Source: Promethearchaeota archaeon
GTDB taxonomy: Archaea > Asgardarchaeota > Lokiarchaeia > Sigyniarchaeales > SOKP01
DNA length: 64,000 nucleotides
Direction of reading: 5' to 3'
Assembly (NCBI GenBank): GCA_018238625.1
Contig: JABCSY010000009.1
Coordinates: forward strand, 1 to 64,000
This document shows positions 31,320-41,043 of the stretch, one piece after another. Within the stretch, counting starts at the first letter, position 1, and each line of letters opens with the position of its first letter. Under the pieces are notes generated by a model. The model made no database searches, was not told where the DNA came from, and saw only the letters and a program-made list of their open reading frames with translations. The translations under genes were made by a program, and so were the position numbers.

Positions 31320-31772
31320 ATGACAAAGTACATTTACTGTAAAGTTTGCGATAAAGAAATCGATCACGCCGTAAAAAAGCCAATGGAGACATTTCAGAAA
31401 ATAATATGGGTGATGGTAACGATTGCAACATTAGGGATCGCGGGTATTGTATTTGCCTTTATTTACATGAATAAGAAAAAGGTTTATTGTCCTACCTGTC
31501 GAGCAAAAGTAGTTTTTTCAAAAAAACCACATAAAAAACCTGAGGAAGAAACGGAGCCACTTACCACAAAAGAAAGAGTTCTCAAAAAAGCTGGAGAAAA
31601 AATAGAAGCTAAAAAGAGAGCTGAAGAGGAGGAGGAGGAAGAAGAAGCGCCGTTGGAAATAACCGATAAGAAAAAAAAAGATCAGACTTTTTGTCCCTAC
31701 TGCGGAGAAGATATAGAACCAGACGCTGTCAAATGTCCATATTGCCATTCTTCACTAAAAACACCTTATTAA
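31320..31772 (+). CDS. LITAF-like zinc-binding membrane protein with a second C-terminal zinc ribbon
   Basis: CKVC - hydrophobic segment - YCPTC, acidic linker, CPYCG...CPYC. Confidence 0.7.
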   Translation: MTKYIYCKVCDKEIDHAVKKPMETFQKIIWVMVTIATLGIAGIVFAFIYMNKKKVYCPTCRAKVVFSKKPHKKPEEETEPLTTKERVLKKAGEKIEAKKRAEEEEEEEEAPLEITDKKKKDQTFCPYCGEDIEPDAVKCPYCHSSLKTPY

Positions 31773-31904
31773 TTTTAATTTTTAGAATCTTATCAATCAC
31801 ATATGGTTTAATAATTAAATAGTAAAAATTCAAATAAACTAAAATACATATAATATAATAAAAATTTGAAAATCTAATTTAAAATATTTAATAGTGAAAA
31901 AATT

Positions 31905-32675
31905 ATGCCTAGAAAACCAAGAAAAGAACCAACAAGAAAAGCTAATCCCTTAGACGAGTATTCAACCTGGGATGTACGCATTGCTAAAGTGATTTACTAC
32001 TCAATTATAGTTTCTTCAGCAATCACAATTTTAGGTATTTGGTTAACGATTATTGGATGGTTAATAGAATCGGGTAGATGGGAAGTAGTAGCAGGTTGGG
32101 GTCCTGGCGCGGTCGCTTTAATTATCGTGGGAATTATAGTGTTACATATGTTTTTGCTCGTCCTATTTTATACTTTATTCCGAGGAGGTATACTTAGATT
32201 ATGCCAAAGACTCTTCAAGGATAGAGTATTAGCCAAGAAGTACGAAGACTACACAACTCTAAGACTTTTAATAGCAGTAACACTACTTAGTGTTTATATA
32301 TTTCTCATAACATTATTTGTCGTAATAGTTCCTTCATTTTTCTTAGAATTAGTTGCGGACATATGGTTATACATTCTAACTCATTTCAACCCTGGAGATT
32401 GGGTTTTGTTTGTTGGTCTAATGTTATTTACCATCGTAATGCTCGTATATTTGGGGTTTGCCATTTGGAACCATGGAGTCTTTATCGTCCTCAAACGCGT
32501 TAAAAGAATAGAAGAAGAAGACGAGATCGAAGAAGAGATTAAAAGAGAAGAGTTAAAAGGGGAAGACGACGAAAGCCTTCAAAAAATCTACGAGAAACAA
32601 ACTGGAAAAAAAGCAATTTATCGAGGAAAGGAAACTAAAGCGTACAAGTCTTGGAAACGCAAAATGTTGAAATAA
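31905..32675 (+). CDS. Hypothetical membrane protein (4 TM, internal two-fold repeat)
   Basis: Two similar TM hairpins (W..G..AL / F.PGDW.L) and a charged tail. Confidence 0.72.
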   Translation: MPRKPRKEPTRKANPLDEYSTWDVRIAKVIYYSIIVSSAITILGIWLTIIGWLIESGRWEVVAGWGPGAVALIIVGIIVLHMFLLVLFYTLFRGGILRLCQRLFKDRVLAKKYEDYTTLRLLIAVTLLSVYIFLITLFVVIVPSFFLELVADIWLYILTHFNPGDWVLFVGLMLFTIVMLVYLGFAIWNHGVFIVLKRVKRIEEEDEIEEEIKREELKGEDDESLQKIYEKQTGKKAIYRGKETKAYKSWKRKMLK

Positions 32676-32815
32676 AAAAAAATATAAATGATTCTTTCCA
32701 AATTTTTTTTCTTAATTTTTTATTATTAATTTAGTAAGTATTAAATTATAGATCTTCTTGTAAAAGTCTTTTTAAAAAAATTAGAAAAAATAAAAAAGTT
32801 TATTATATGTGAAAT

Positions 32816-33733
32816 TTACCTTCTCATCATTCTGGGGTTGCGGAAAAGGTCAAGTTCACTTTTGGGCATCTTGTAATCTGTAGTACCTGTTGATTTCATC
32901 TTTTTAAACAATCGTTTAACTATTTTTTTAGCATCGTCCATAAAGTTACAAGCTAACCCAAAAAGTATTATATAGCGAACAAATGTTCTGTCTTTTGCGT
33001 AATCTTCGTCGTAGATTTCAATAATAGATTCTTTCTGAATCGGGTGACCGTCTATACGAGCAATGATCTTTTTTCCGATCAAAAATTTATAGTTCCTTCC
33101 GGGACCGATAACTCCTTTTGCTAAAACCATTTGTAGTTTATCGCCTTTTTCTTCGGGAAGGAGGGGGAATGTCCAACGTGAACCGATGAATCGCCAGCCT
33201 CTTACGAATCGAATTAAATATCTTACTCCTGGGATTTGAGCGTAAAAAACTGGTGCGGCGTGCTTAATTTCATAACTCTGAACGAGAGAATGAGCTATGC
33301 TTAACTCAATACCACCTTTAAAATTTCCACCCTTAGCTCTTGAGTCCATAGTCTCTTCCATAATCGTAAAATAACGGCATATAAGTCTTTTCTCCTCTAA
33401 CGGGCTCTCTTCCCATTGCTCCTTATTAAACGCAATGATGTTTTTCTTTTGGCCGTCTATTGAAATTACGCCTTCGATATCGAAATTTTTAGAGAACCAG
33501 CGTGTTTTTGCCGTGTATTTAAGCTGTTGATGTATACCCAACTCCTCATCATGAAGACGAGTTCTCCAAAAATTAACTTTTATCTTTTTATAAACAATTT
33601 TTTTAGTGGATTTTTGAACTGGTTCACCTTTTTTTGGTGCTGGGGCTTTTTTTTTTTTCTTCTTCGTAGGAGCAGCCCTTGCCTTCGCTCTTTCCTTTAC
33701 AGTTTTTGTATCTTCTTCAGGATCATTTTCCAT
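32816..33733 (-). CDS. Hypothetical basic soluble protein, possibly Tubby-C/LURP-one-like fold
   Basis: 305-aa ORF with Lys-rich N-terminus; beta-rich core ending in a hydrophobic helix. Confidence 0.65.
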   Translation of the reverse strand: MENDPEEDTKTVKERAKARAAPTKKKKKKAPAPKKGEPVQKSTKKIVYKKIKVNFWRTRLHDEELGIHQQLKYTAKTRWFSKNFDIEGVISIDGQKKNIIAFNKEQWEESPLEEKRLICRYFTIMEETMDSRAKGGNFKGGIELSIAHSLVQSYEIKHAAPVFYAQIPGVRYLIRFVRGWRFIGSRWTFPLLPEEKGDKLQMVLAKGVIGPGRNYKFLIGKKIIARIDGHPIQKESIIEIYDEDYAKDRTFVRYIILFGLACNFMDDAKKIVKRLFKKMKSTGTTDYKMPKSELDLFRNPRMMRR

Positions 33734-34138
33734 TTTTTTTTCACTCTTCCATTATTTTATTACTGTAATAAAATTAAATTTCTTAGATAGTTTTTAATTT
33801 TTTCTTAATAAGACTTTTTTCTAAAGAATTTTATTAGTTATACAAATATTGTTTGAAGTTAATAATTTTATCGTTTTAAGTTAACAATTTTTAAGCAAGA
33901 TATTGGTTAAGAAAAGAGAAAGGAAAGATATTGCAATTAACTAAATTTTAAAACAAGGTGCAATTAAGGTTTAAAAGTAATTATTATTACTGATTAACTA
34001 TGGCAAATAGGATTTTAAATGTTGATTATTATACAATTATTTTTTAACTATCTTTGGATCTCTTTATGAAGTTCTTCTATAAAGCTATTAAAATATGTTT
34101 ACATAAATTTAAAAATGTATACTTCGTTAATATATTAG

Positions 34139-34657
34139 ATGACCATTATTATTTGTGACTCTTCATTAATAGTATTACTATCAAAACTCGAGTTGTTAGA
34201 TCTGCTTATCGAAGTATTCGAGAGTATTGTAATACCTCAAAGCGTTTTTGTTGAATCTGTTGACCAAGGAAAAGAAGCAAAAAAAATGGATGCTTTCTTC
34301 ATAGAAAAAAGGATTATTGATCAAAAAATTATTGTGGAAAAAATAAAAGATTTAACGGAAAAGGAGAATCTTATGAAAAATTTTAATTTACATGATGGTG
34401 AATCAGAAGCTATAGTTTTATATTCAGAAAAAAAAGCTGATCTCTTAGGTACAGATGATTATAAAACATTAAAAGTGTGTAAAATTCTTAATATCACATA
34501 TTTTACAACACCATTGTTTATTTTTCTATGTTATTCAAAAAAAAAGCTTTCAAAAACTAGGTCAATATTAAAATTCAAAGAATTATACAAATTTGGATGG
34601 TATAAAAAAGGTTTAATTTCAGAGTTTATAGATAGAATAGAAAATTCAGAGGTCTAG
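34139..34657 (+). CDS. PIN-domain (DUF3368-like) toxin/nuclease
   Basis: IICDSSLI, IP..V..E, LHDGESEAI, LGTDD. Confidence 0.85.
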   Translation: MTIIICDSSLIVLLSKLELLDLLIEVFESIVIPQSVFVESVDQGKEAKKMDAFFIEKRIIDQKIIVEKIKDLTEKENLMKNFNLHDGESEAIVLYSEKKADLLGTDDYKTLKVCKILNITYFTTPLFIFLCYSKKKLSKTRSILKFKELYKFGWYKKGLISEFIDRIENSEV

Positions 34658-34661
34658 AAAA

Positions 34662-34958
34662 ATGGGTAAAGTCATATCTGTAAGAATAAATGAAAATTTA
34701 GAAGAAAGTATTAAAAGATATTCTGAAGAAAAAAAAGAAGACCAATCAGATATAATACGGAATTTAATTAATAACGGTAGTGTATATTTAGCTATAAAAG
34801 GGTATGCAAAAGGAGAATATTCCATTGGAAAAGCAGCATATCTTGCAAATCTCTCATTATCGGAATTCATGGATTTGATAATGGATTTAGGAATTAGATC
34901 TAAGATAAGTAAAGAAGATTTATTAGAGGGTTATGAGAATTTAAAAGAATTTTTTTAA
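34662..34958 (+). CDS. UPF0175-family antitoxin with N-terminal ribbon-helix-helix
   Basis: VISVRI...S.IIR; Y..GEYSIGKAA.LA.LS..EF. Confidence 0.85.
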   Translation: MGKVISVRINENLEESIKRYSEEKKEDQSDIIRNLINNGSVYLAIKGYAKGEYSIGKAAYLANLSLSEFMDLIMDLGIRSKISKEDLLEGYENLKEFF

Positions 34959-34976
34959 AGAACTAATAAAGTTCTT

Positions 34977-37900
34977 TTAAAGCTTAATTTCACAAGACTC
35001 CGAATCACAGAACTTACTTCCTATTGCTCTGTCTTTTGTTTTATCCAAATCTAAAGGTTTAAGTTTTGAAACCATTTCCTCGAATTTTTCTTTTGTGATC
35101 GATTCGTACGGAGCTTGTTTGTAGCCGTGCTCTTTAATCGGTAAAAAACTTACGCTTTTTAGCTTATCTTCAAAGCACTCCAGCACGTGTTTAATTTGGT
35201 TTGCCTCGTCTTGCTTAAACGTAATCGTAATTGATACTTGGTTGTCGGACCAATATTTTTGATAGTCTGCAGCATTTTCCGCTTGTTCCCATATAGAAAC
35301 GTCGTCCTTGGAACGTTCAAATAATTGTTCGTGGACGGGAAATTCGACTACAATAGTATTAGGAGAATATGAATCGTCCTCTATGTAATAACCGGCGTTT
35401 TTAATGGGGTCTATCAAATCAGAATTCTTCGAAATGCGAATTCTTCGGATATAATATTCGGAATGAGGATAGTGAATTCCTGGAGGGACTCCCGGAAGTA
35501 AGCTTACGGTTCCGCTCGGTTTAACCGTAGTAATTTTTATCGATTTTGGGATGCACAACCAATCGGAATAATCCTCGTCCAATTCCCGTATATATTTATA
35601 ACCTTTATCGCACCAGTCTAACATATTCCTTCTTCCATGTTTCACAAAAGCTTCAATTATTCCCGTTTGTGAAATTCCCATTCGCCTGTTCTTAAGCATT
35701 ACTGCGTTAGTTTCTTGCCAATGCGTATTTACGAGCGTTACAGATTTAGCGTACAAATAAGCAGACTTTAAAGTGTCTTGATACTCTTCGTATGACTCGT
35801 GCCTTGAAGGGAACGTCTCTACAAGGCAGCAAAGTTCGAATGATTCCAACGTCTGTTCTCCGCAATTTGCAGTAAATATCATTTCTAACTTAGGCCTTCC
35901 TGATTTAGTTTCTTTTTCAGTTAGAATAATTCCATAATTATGGAAATCATCGACTGTACCATTATAAACTGTATTTTTCCCAATATAATTGACTGATACA
36001 ACTTTATGGTTATAAGATAGACCACAGTCTTTTAGTTTTAGTGCCATTTGTTGCCTATACTGATGTTTACTTAATGAGCGAACAGAGATTGTTTGACAAA
36101 CATATTTCTCAGTGATCGTGTCCATTACATATTGATAGCCTTTATAAATTCCAGCAGTTCTAAAATCGTTGATTCCATTTTCTTTAATAAATTTTAAGAA
36201 ATCAGCTAATTGAGGAACCTCATTTTGTTCATAAATATATTGAGCAAATAATTGACATAATTTTCTTTTAGCTTCTTGTTGATTTCTTTTTCCTTTATTT
36301 TTCATCGCTGCGCCTGCCTTAATTGCAGCTATTTTATTAGCACATTTATGTGAACAATAAGCTTGCTCTCGTCTGCCATATTTTACTTTAAATTCCTTTC
36401 TACATAATGCACAATATTTTACAACAAACATACCATCTTCAAAAATTAACTCAAGATCGCTTTCTTTCAGTAAATTAATATATCTTTTATATTCTCTCAT
36501 TAGAGCTGGGTTATCTAAATGTTCAAATCCAGATTCAATATTCGCTCTTTTAATGAAATTCAATAATGAACCACGAAATTCAGTAAAGGAAGATATTAAT
36601 CCTATTTCTTTTGAATGTTCTTTCCAAGCGGGAATAGTTAATGGTTCATTTGTTCTTTTGATATAGGAAATCATCTCATTATAAATTTGCTCATTAGAGA
36701 TTCCAGAATATCTTGGGTTTTTGGTACCGGAAGTAGCTTTCGACATCCTTTGATGGTACTGTTGTTTTTCTTCAGGAGTAGCATGGGGATACCAAATACG
36801 CATAGGATTTTTATCACCTGATATATCATGTAAAGAATCATGATCATCCTTTAGCATAAGTTCTAAATTATCTTTTCTATTATTCAAACCATCCTTGTCT
36901 TTATGATGGAGAACATACCCACTGGGAATTTTACATTTATTAAGTTGTTCATAAATAAATGTATGTTCAAAAGTGTTTTTCTTTCCATTATTTAACATCC
37001 AATAAATTGATCTTTTCTTCTTTTCTTCTCCCATTATCTCTGCCCAAGTTGTTTGCCATTTTGGTGTTATCATTAGACTATCTCCACTTCTTAATTCTCT
37101 AGCTTCTAAAGATGTATTATTCCTTAAAATAAACTTATGATTTTCTGTGCATTTTATTATACTATCATCATCCAATTTTACTTCATATATTTTCTCATTA
37201 TAACCCGTAATTCTTGGATTTCTCATCATTCTTATTACTGTTAATCCTTTATCATTTTTACAGTACACGGGAATATCGTTTCCTTCTTCTGCCAATTGTT
37301 TTATTGCCACAGCATTCCTACCGTCAGCGACAGCAATAAGTGTATCACCTGTTATACAAGGATTTACGCCCGCAGCTTTCTTATCTTTATGGTCTGGTGG
37401 GTTTCCCATTCGAGAATACGCCTTTGCGTTTTCTATCCAAAGAATTCCAGGTTCCCCATTCACAGCAATCTGATCTGCTATGAAAGAATAGTCTAATCCT
37501 TTTTTTGCAAATATACTGTTATTGCTCGCCCATCTATGCGAATAAAGTTTTTCTTTGTCTTGTTTGCTCTGTATAAACTCTAGATCGGTGGCTTCTCCTA
37601 ATGCGATCTCAGCACTGCGGCGAACATTGCCGGCTACGACGCATTTTCCAATGAGATTCATAATATCCAAAATGTCAAGTGACCTTATTGGTAGACCTAT
37701 TCGAGCTTCTAAGATTTTTTGAATATTCATCAACATATCAATTAAAGGTTCTGGGCCGCTAGCTATTCCTCCAAAGCCTCTAATTGGCTGACCTGCGGGC
37801 CTAATTAAGCTAAAATCAAACTTTGGCATTCGCTTACCTAAAAAATACGCTTCTATAACAAGTTTAAGGGCTTCCACCCAACCTTCTCTGCTATCTGGTA

Positions 37901-38705
37901 ATTGAAAAGTAAAATGATCTTCTATAGGTTTTTGAATTGTAATTTTACCTGCTCCTTTTGTATCAAAACCTACTCCTACGCCCAACATTAGCGCATCCAT
38001 CACGAATTGGAACGCTTTCGAGTATTTTAGGTCGATATCGTCGGTAGAGGCAAAGCCGCAGTTATTAAGCGACATAGAACCGTGACGCGCGATAAACTCG
38101 GTTCCCATCATCCAAAGTCCCCTTCCTGGCGGTAAGAACTTAAAATTCCAGATTTTATTATACATTATTTGAGCAGATTTCTGAGCTTTAGCATCGGTCC
38201 AAGGTAAACTTAACTTGATACAGTGCTCTTTTTGGATTGAATAACAACCTTCGACAACTCTTCTGATCGTTTCCCAGAACTCTTCCTTTCTGTTCTCTCC
38301 TTCTACAACTCTGGCGTAGGTTCTTTTGTACGTGATGTAGCCTAAAGGGCCCCAATCAGGTTGGTTCCCTGTAAATTTAGCAAGAAAACTATTGTCTAAC
38401 GTGAAAGATATATTTTCCAAATTAATAGCTCGAGCGAATAGATTTCGGTATTTATTTAAACCTCGTTGGGTTAGCTCGACACATACTAATTCTCTAACGT
38501 GATTAGTAGTGATCTCATCAACTCCTAGACCAATAATTATTCGTAAAACATCTTCCGTAACTTTTTCCGCAATGTGTATATCAAGACCAGTTTCTTTGTT
38601 TAATACTTTTGCTATGCTAGTATCTTCGAACTTTTTTTTTTCACCTTTCGAGTTTATTACATATTTTGGATACAAATCTTTTAATGAAAACGAGTTGTCA
38701 GTCAT
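34977..38705 (-). CDS. nrdJ: Class II (B12-dependent) ribonucleoside-triphosphate reductase with N-terminal ATP cone and an intein
   Basis: YKRTYAR, PPGRGLW, NNCGF, VVAGNVRRSA, NP|CGE, TTVKPSGTVS, C-terminal FCDSESC. Confidence 0.93.
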   Translation of the reverse strand: MTDNSFSLKDLYPKYVINSKGEKKKFEDTSIAKVLNKETGLDIHIAEKVTEDVLRIIIGLGVDEITTNHVRELVCVELTQRGLNKYRNLFARAINLENISFTLDNSFLAKFTGNQPDWGPLGYITYKRTYARVVEGENRKEEFWETIRRVVEGCYSIQKEHCIKLSLPWTDAKAQKSAQIMYNKIWNFKFLPPGRGLWMMGTEFIARHGSMSLNNCGFASTDDIDLKYSKAFQFVMDALMLGVGVGFDTKGAGKITIQKPIEDHFTFQLPDSREGWVEALKLVIEAYFLGKRMPKFDFSLIRPAGQPIRGFGGIASGPEPLIDMLMNIQKILEARIGLPIRSLDILDIMNLIGKCVVAGNVRRSAEIALGEATDLEFIQSKQDKEKLYSHRWASNNSIFAKKGLDYSFIADQIAVNGEPGILWIENAKAYSRMGNPPDHKDKKAAGVNPCITGDTLIAVADGRNAVAIKQLAEEGNDIPVYCKNDKGLTVIRMMRNPRITGYNEKIYEVKLDDDSIIKCTENHKFILRNNTSLEARELRSGDSLMITPKWQTTWAEIMGEEKKKRSIYWMLNNGKKNTFEHTFIYEQLNKCKIPSGYVLHHKDKDGLNNRKDNLELMLKDDHDSLHDISGDKNPMRIWYPHATPEEKQQYHQRMSKATSGTKNPRYSGISNEQIYNEMISYIKRTNEPLTIPAWKEHSKEIGLISSFTEFRGSLLNFIKRANIESGFEHLDNPALMREYKRYINLLKESDLELIFEDGMFVVKYCALCRKEFKVKYGRREQAYCSHKCANKIAAIKAGAAMKNKGKRNQQEAKRKLCQLFAQYIYEQNEVPQLADFLKFIKENGINDFRTAGIYKGYQYVMDTITEKYVCQTISVRSLSKHQYRQQMALKLKDCGLSYNHKVVSVNYIGKNTVYNGTVDDFHNYGIILTEKETKSGRPKLEMIFTANCGEQTLESFELCCLVETFPSRHESYEEYQDTLKSAYLYAKSVTLVNTHWQETNAVMLKNRRMGISQTGIIEAFVKHGRRNMLDWCDKGYKYIRELDEDYSDWLCIPKSIKITTVKPSGTVSLLPGVPPGIHYPHSEYYIRRIRISKNSDLIDPIKNAGYYIEDDSYSPNTIVVEFPVHEQLFERSKDDVSIWEQAENAADYQKYWSDNQVSITITFKQDEANQIKHVLECFEDKLKSVSFLPIKEHGYKQAPYESITKEKFEEMVSKLKPLDLDKTKDRAIGSKFCDSESCEIKL
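35865..37358 (-). mobile_element. Intein (498 aa) with HNH-type homing endonuclease, inserted before the catalytic Cys of NrdJ
   Basis: NP|CITGDTLIAVADG...KCTENHKF (blocks A, B); VYNGTVDDFHNY (block F); IFTAN|CGEQ (block G); HHKDKDGLNNRKDNL HNH motif. Confidence 0.92.
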
Positions 38706-39152
38706 TATTATACTCCTTAATTGCGATAATGGTTAACACATTAATTTTATCGGCGTTTTTAAAAATGCCTAAATTTTAAGTGCCTTAACCTAATTTTTAA
38801 TTTAAGTTATAATATAATATAAAACTATTGATTCAATTTTATTAAGCGATTGATGAATCTGTTAAAACCTTGCTTATTTCTTTTAATCCTACATCTACTA
38901 TTCAATTATCTAATTAGTATAAATTTTTATCGATTAATCTATATTACATCTCTTATGGTTTTCTAATGTATTTACGTCGGTTTTAATAACTTATAGAACC
39001 CATCATTATCAATATCTTTTTATTAATTAACATATTTAAAAAAAAATTGAAATTGATTACAATATTATTAATGTTAATAGTTTTAAATTCGATTTAGAAA
39101 GTTCAAATACTAAAAATAATTGATTTTAACAATAATGTAGGTGTAAAAATAA

Positions 39153-40139
39153 ATGTTAGACGAAATTGAACCGCCTGAAATGAGTGACTCTGATGGTGAT
39201 GGTGATGGTGAAGTTGCTAAAGAAAAAATTCAACTCCAATTCCATTGGTATTTAAGTATCTTTTTTGTAATTTACTATAGTTCGTATGTAATACCGGGAA
39301 TTGTTTTTATGGAGTATGTTATAATAGTTTTTATCCCTCTCTTTTTAAGGGTAGATAGCCTATTTGTTGTCTTTACGAACCTTGATTCTTTACTGGCTTT
39401 TCTAGCCTTACCGTTAGTTCTTATAGTAAGTTATTTAATCCACTTATTTTTAGTAGGTTTGCTCTCGCGAATTATCTGGAGATATACTGAAAAAATTTCG
39501 CCAAGCAAAGATGGCGTTATTCCAAGAAACATCCCTTCTAAGACTGCTAATCTATACCATATTAGATCCTTTATGATTAAATACGGGAAGAACGCTTTCA
39601 TGAAAGGGATATTTCCGTGGTTAGCTAATTGGTTTTTCAACTTTGTAGGGACCAGCGTAATTGCAAAGGGTTCTACGCTCGAAGAATCAGTAGTTACGGA
39701 TAGAAATGTAAACGTCGGAAAAAACTGCTATATTGGCGTTAATTCAGCACTCTCGAGCCATTTTGTGGAGGGTATTTTCGGAAATATTGTGTACTTTGAA
39801 ATTAAGCTAGGAGAAAATGTTACTTTAGGGGGTTTTAATAACATTGCCCCTGGATGCGACCTAAGAGATAATTCGTATCTTTTGCCAATGGCTGCAGCAA
39901 CTAAGCACAATTTGCTAAAAGGAGATAACTACTACTTTGGTATACCTTTACGTAGAATATTCAAGAAGAAAGTTATGAATTACTTAAAGATTAGCGAGAA
40001 TAATTTAGTTCAAGCCGAGGAATTAAGAGATAAGCAAGAGAACGCAAAGTTAGAGAGGATAAAAAAGGAAGCAGAAAAAAATGAAAAAAAAAAACGTAAA
40101 AATCATAAAAAAAATAAAGGCGTGAGAGAAAATGGATGA
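39153..40139 (+). CDS. Membrane-bound left-handed beta-helix acyltransferase-like protein, module A (Pls C-domain-like)
   Basis: 2 TM helices, then hexapeptide repeats (IAKGST, VGKNCYIGVNS, LGENVTLG), SHFVEG, YFGIP. Confidence 0.8.
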   Translation: MLDEIEPPEMSDSDGDGDGEVAKEKIQLQFHWYLSIFFVIYYSSYVIPGIVFMEYVIIVFIPLFLRVDSLFVVFTNLDSLLAFLALPLVLIVSYLIHLFLVGLLSRIIWRYTEKISPSKDGVIPRNIPSKTANLYHIRSFMIKYGKNAFMKGIFPWLANWFFNFVGTSVIAKGSTLEESVVTDRNVNVGKNCYIGVNSALSSHFVEGIFGNIVYFEIKLGENVTLGGFNNIAPGCDLRDNSYLLPMAAATKHNLLKGDNYYFGIPLRRIFKKKVMNYLKISENNLVQAEELRDKQENAKLERIKKEAEKNEKKKRKNHKKNKGVRENG

Positions 40140-41043
40140 AACTATAGAAGAAGAAAATAAAGGATCTGAAAGCATAGATGATGCCTTTGACTTTAACATT
40201 GATTTTACTACGAGTTCTGCTATAAACAGAGTTAGTCTTAAGTTTTTAATAGTATATATACCAATTTTTTGGTTTTCAGGTATGATTGTAGCAACTTTTT
40301 GGTACGGCTACACTGTAGGTACTGAACCATGGATAATTAAATTGCTATTTTTACCAATTTTATTGTTAGCATTTATGTTTCTTTTCATTATTAGTTGCTT
40401 CCTTTTTAGTAAGCTTCTGTTAATTTTAATAAATTTAATGCACCTTCCCAAAGAGGGAATATTCCGAACTGAGAAGGGAGACACGGATTTTGAATTTTGG
40501 AGGTTAAGAACCGAAATAAAAAAGATTGTTTTGTGGCTAATAAGAAACTGGCCTCTACCTTGGATAGACGTGTTAGCATTTCGCTGGTTTGGGGTAAGTA
40601 TGGATTTCTCGAGCCACTTGAACGATGCCTGGTGCGACGCTGAATTTATTAAGTTTGGAAACAACGTAACAATCGGCCAAGGGGCCGTTTTAATGAGCTC
40701 AATGGTGGTAGGTAATTATCTAATCATTAAAAGAATAACATTCGAAGATTTCGCTCTTGTTGGAGGTCAGAGCACGATCGCCCCTGGAACTCACTTTGGA
40801 AAAGACACTGTTTTAGGTGCGGTATCAGTCACCACTCTTAATCAAAAACTAGAAGACGGGTGGATTTATTCAGGTATTCCTGCTAGAAAATTAAAGCCTA
40901 ATCAATACGCCGAAGCGAGAAGAGATATTATAAGCAAGGTAGATGTTGACGAAGAAGAAAAAGTTGATGTAGAGCACGAAGTTAATATCGACGAAGATAA
41001 AAAGCATTTAATTAAAGGAAATAAAGGAGGCGTTAAAAAGTGA
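40132..41043 (+). CDS. Membrane-bound left-handed beta-helix protein, module B
   Basis: 2 TM, H.PKEGIF, FGNNVTIGQGA, IAPGTHFGKDTVLGA, WIYSGIPA; overlaps the upstream gene by 8 bp. Confidence 0.8.
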   Translation: MDETIEEENKGSESIDDAFDFNIDFTTSSAINRVSLKFLIVYIPIFWFSGMIVATFWYGYTVGTEPWIIKLLFLPILLLAFMFLFIISCFLFSKLLLILINLMHLPKEGIFRTEKGDTDFEFWRLRTEIKKIVLWLIRNWPLPWIDVLAFRWFGVSMDFSSHLNDAWCDAEFIKFGNNVTIGQGAVLMSSMVVGNYLIIKRITFEDFALVGGQSTIAPGTHFGKDTVLGAVSVTTLNQKLEDGWIYSGIPARKLKPNQYAEARRDIISKVDVDEEEKVDVEHEVNIDEDKKHLIKGNKGGVKK

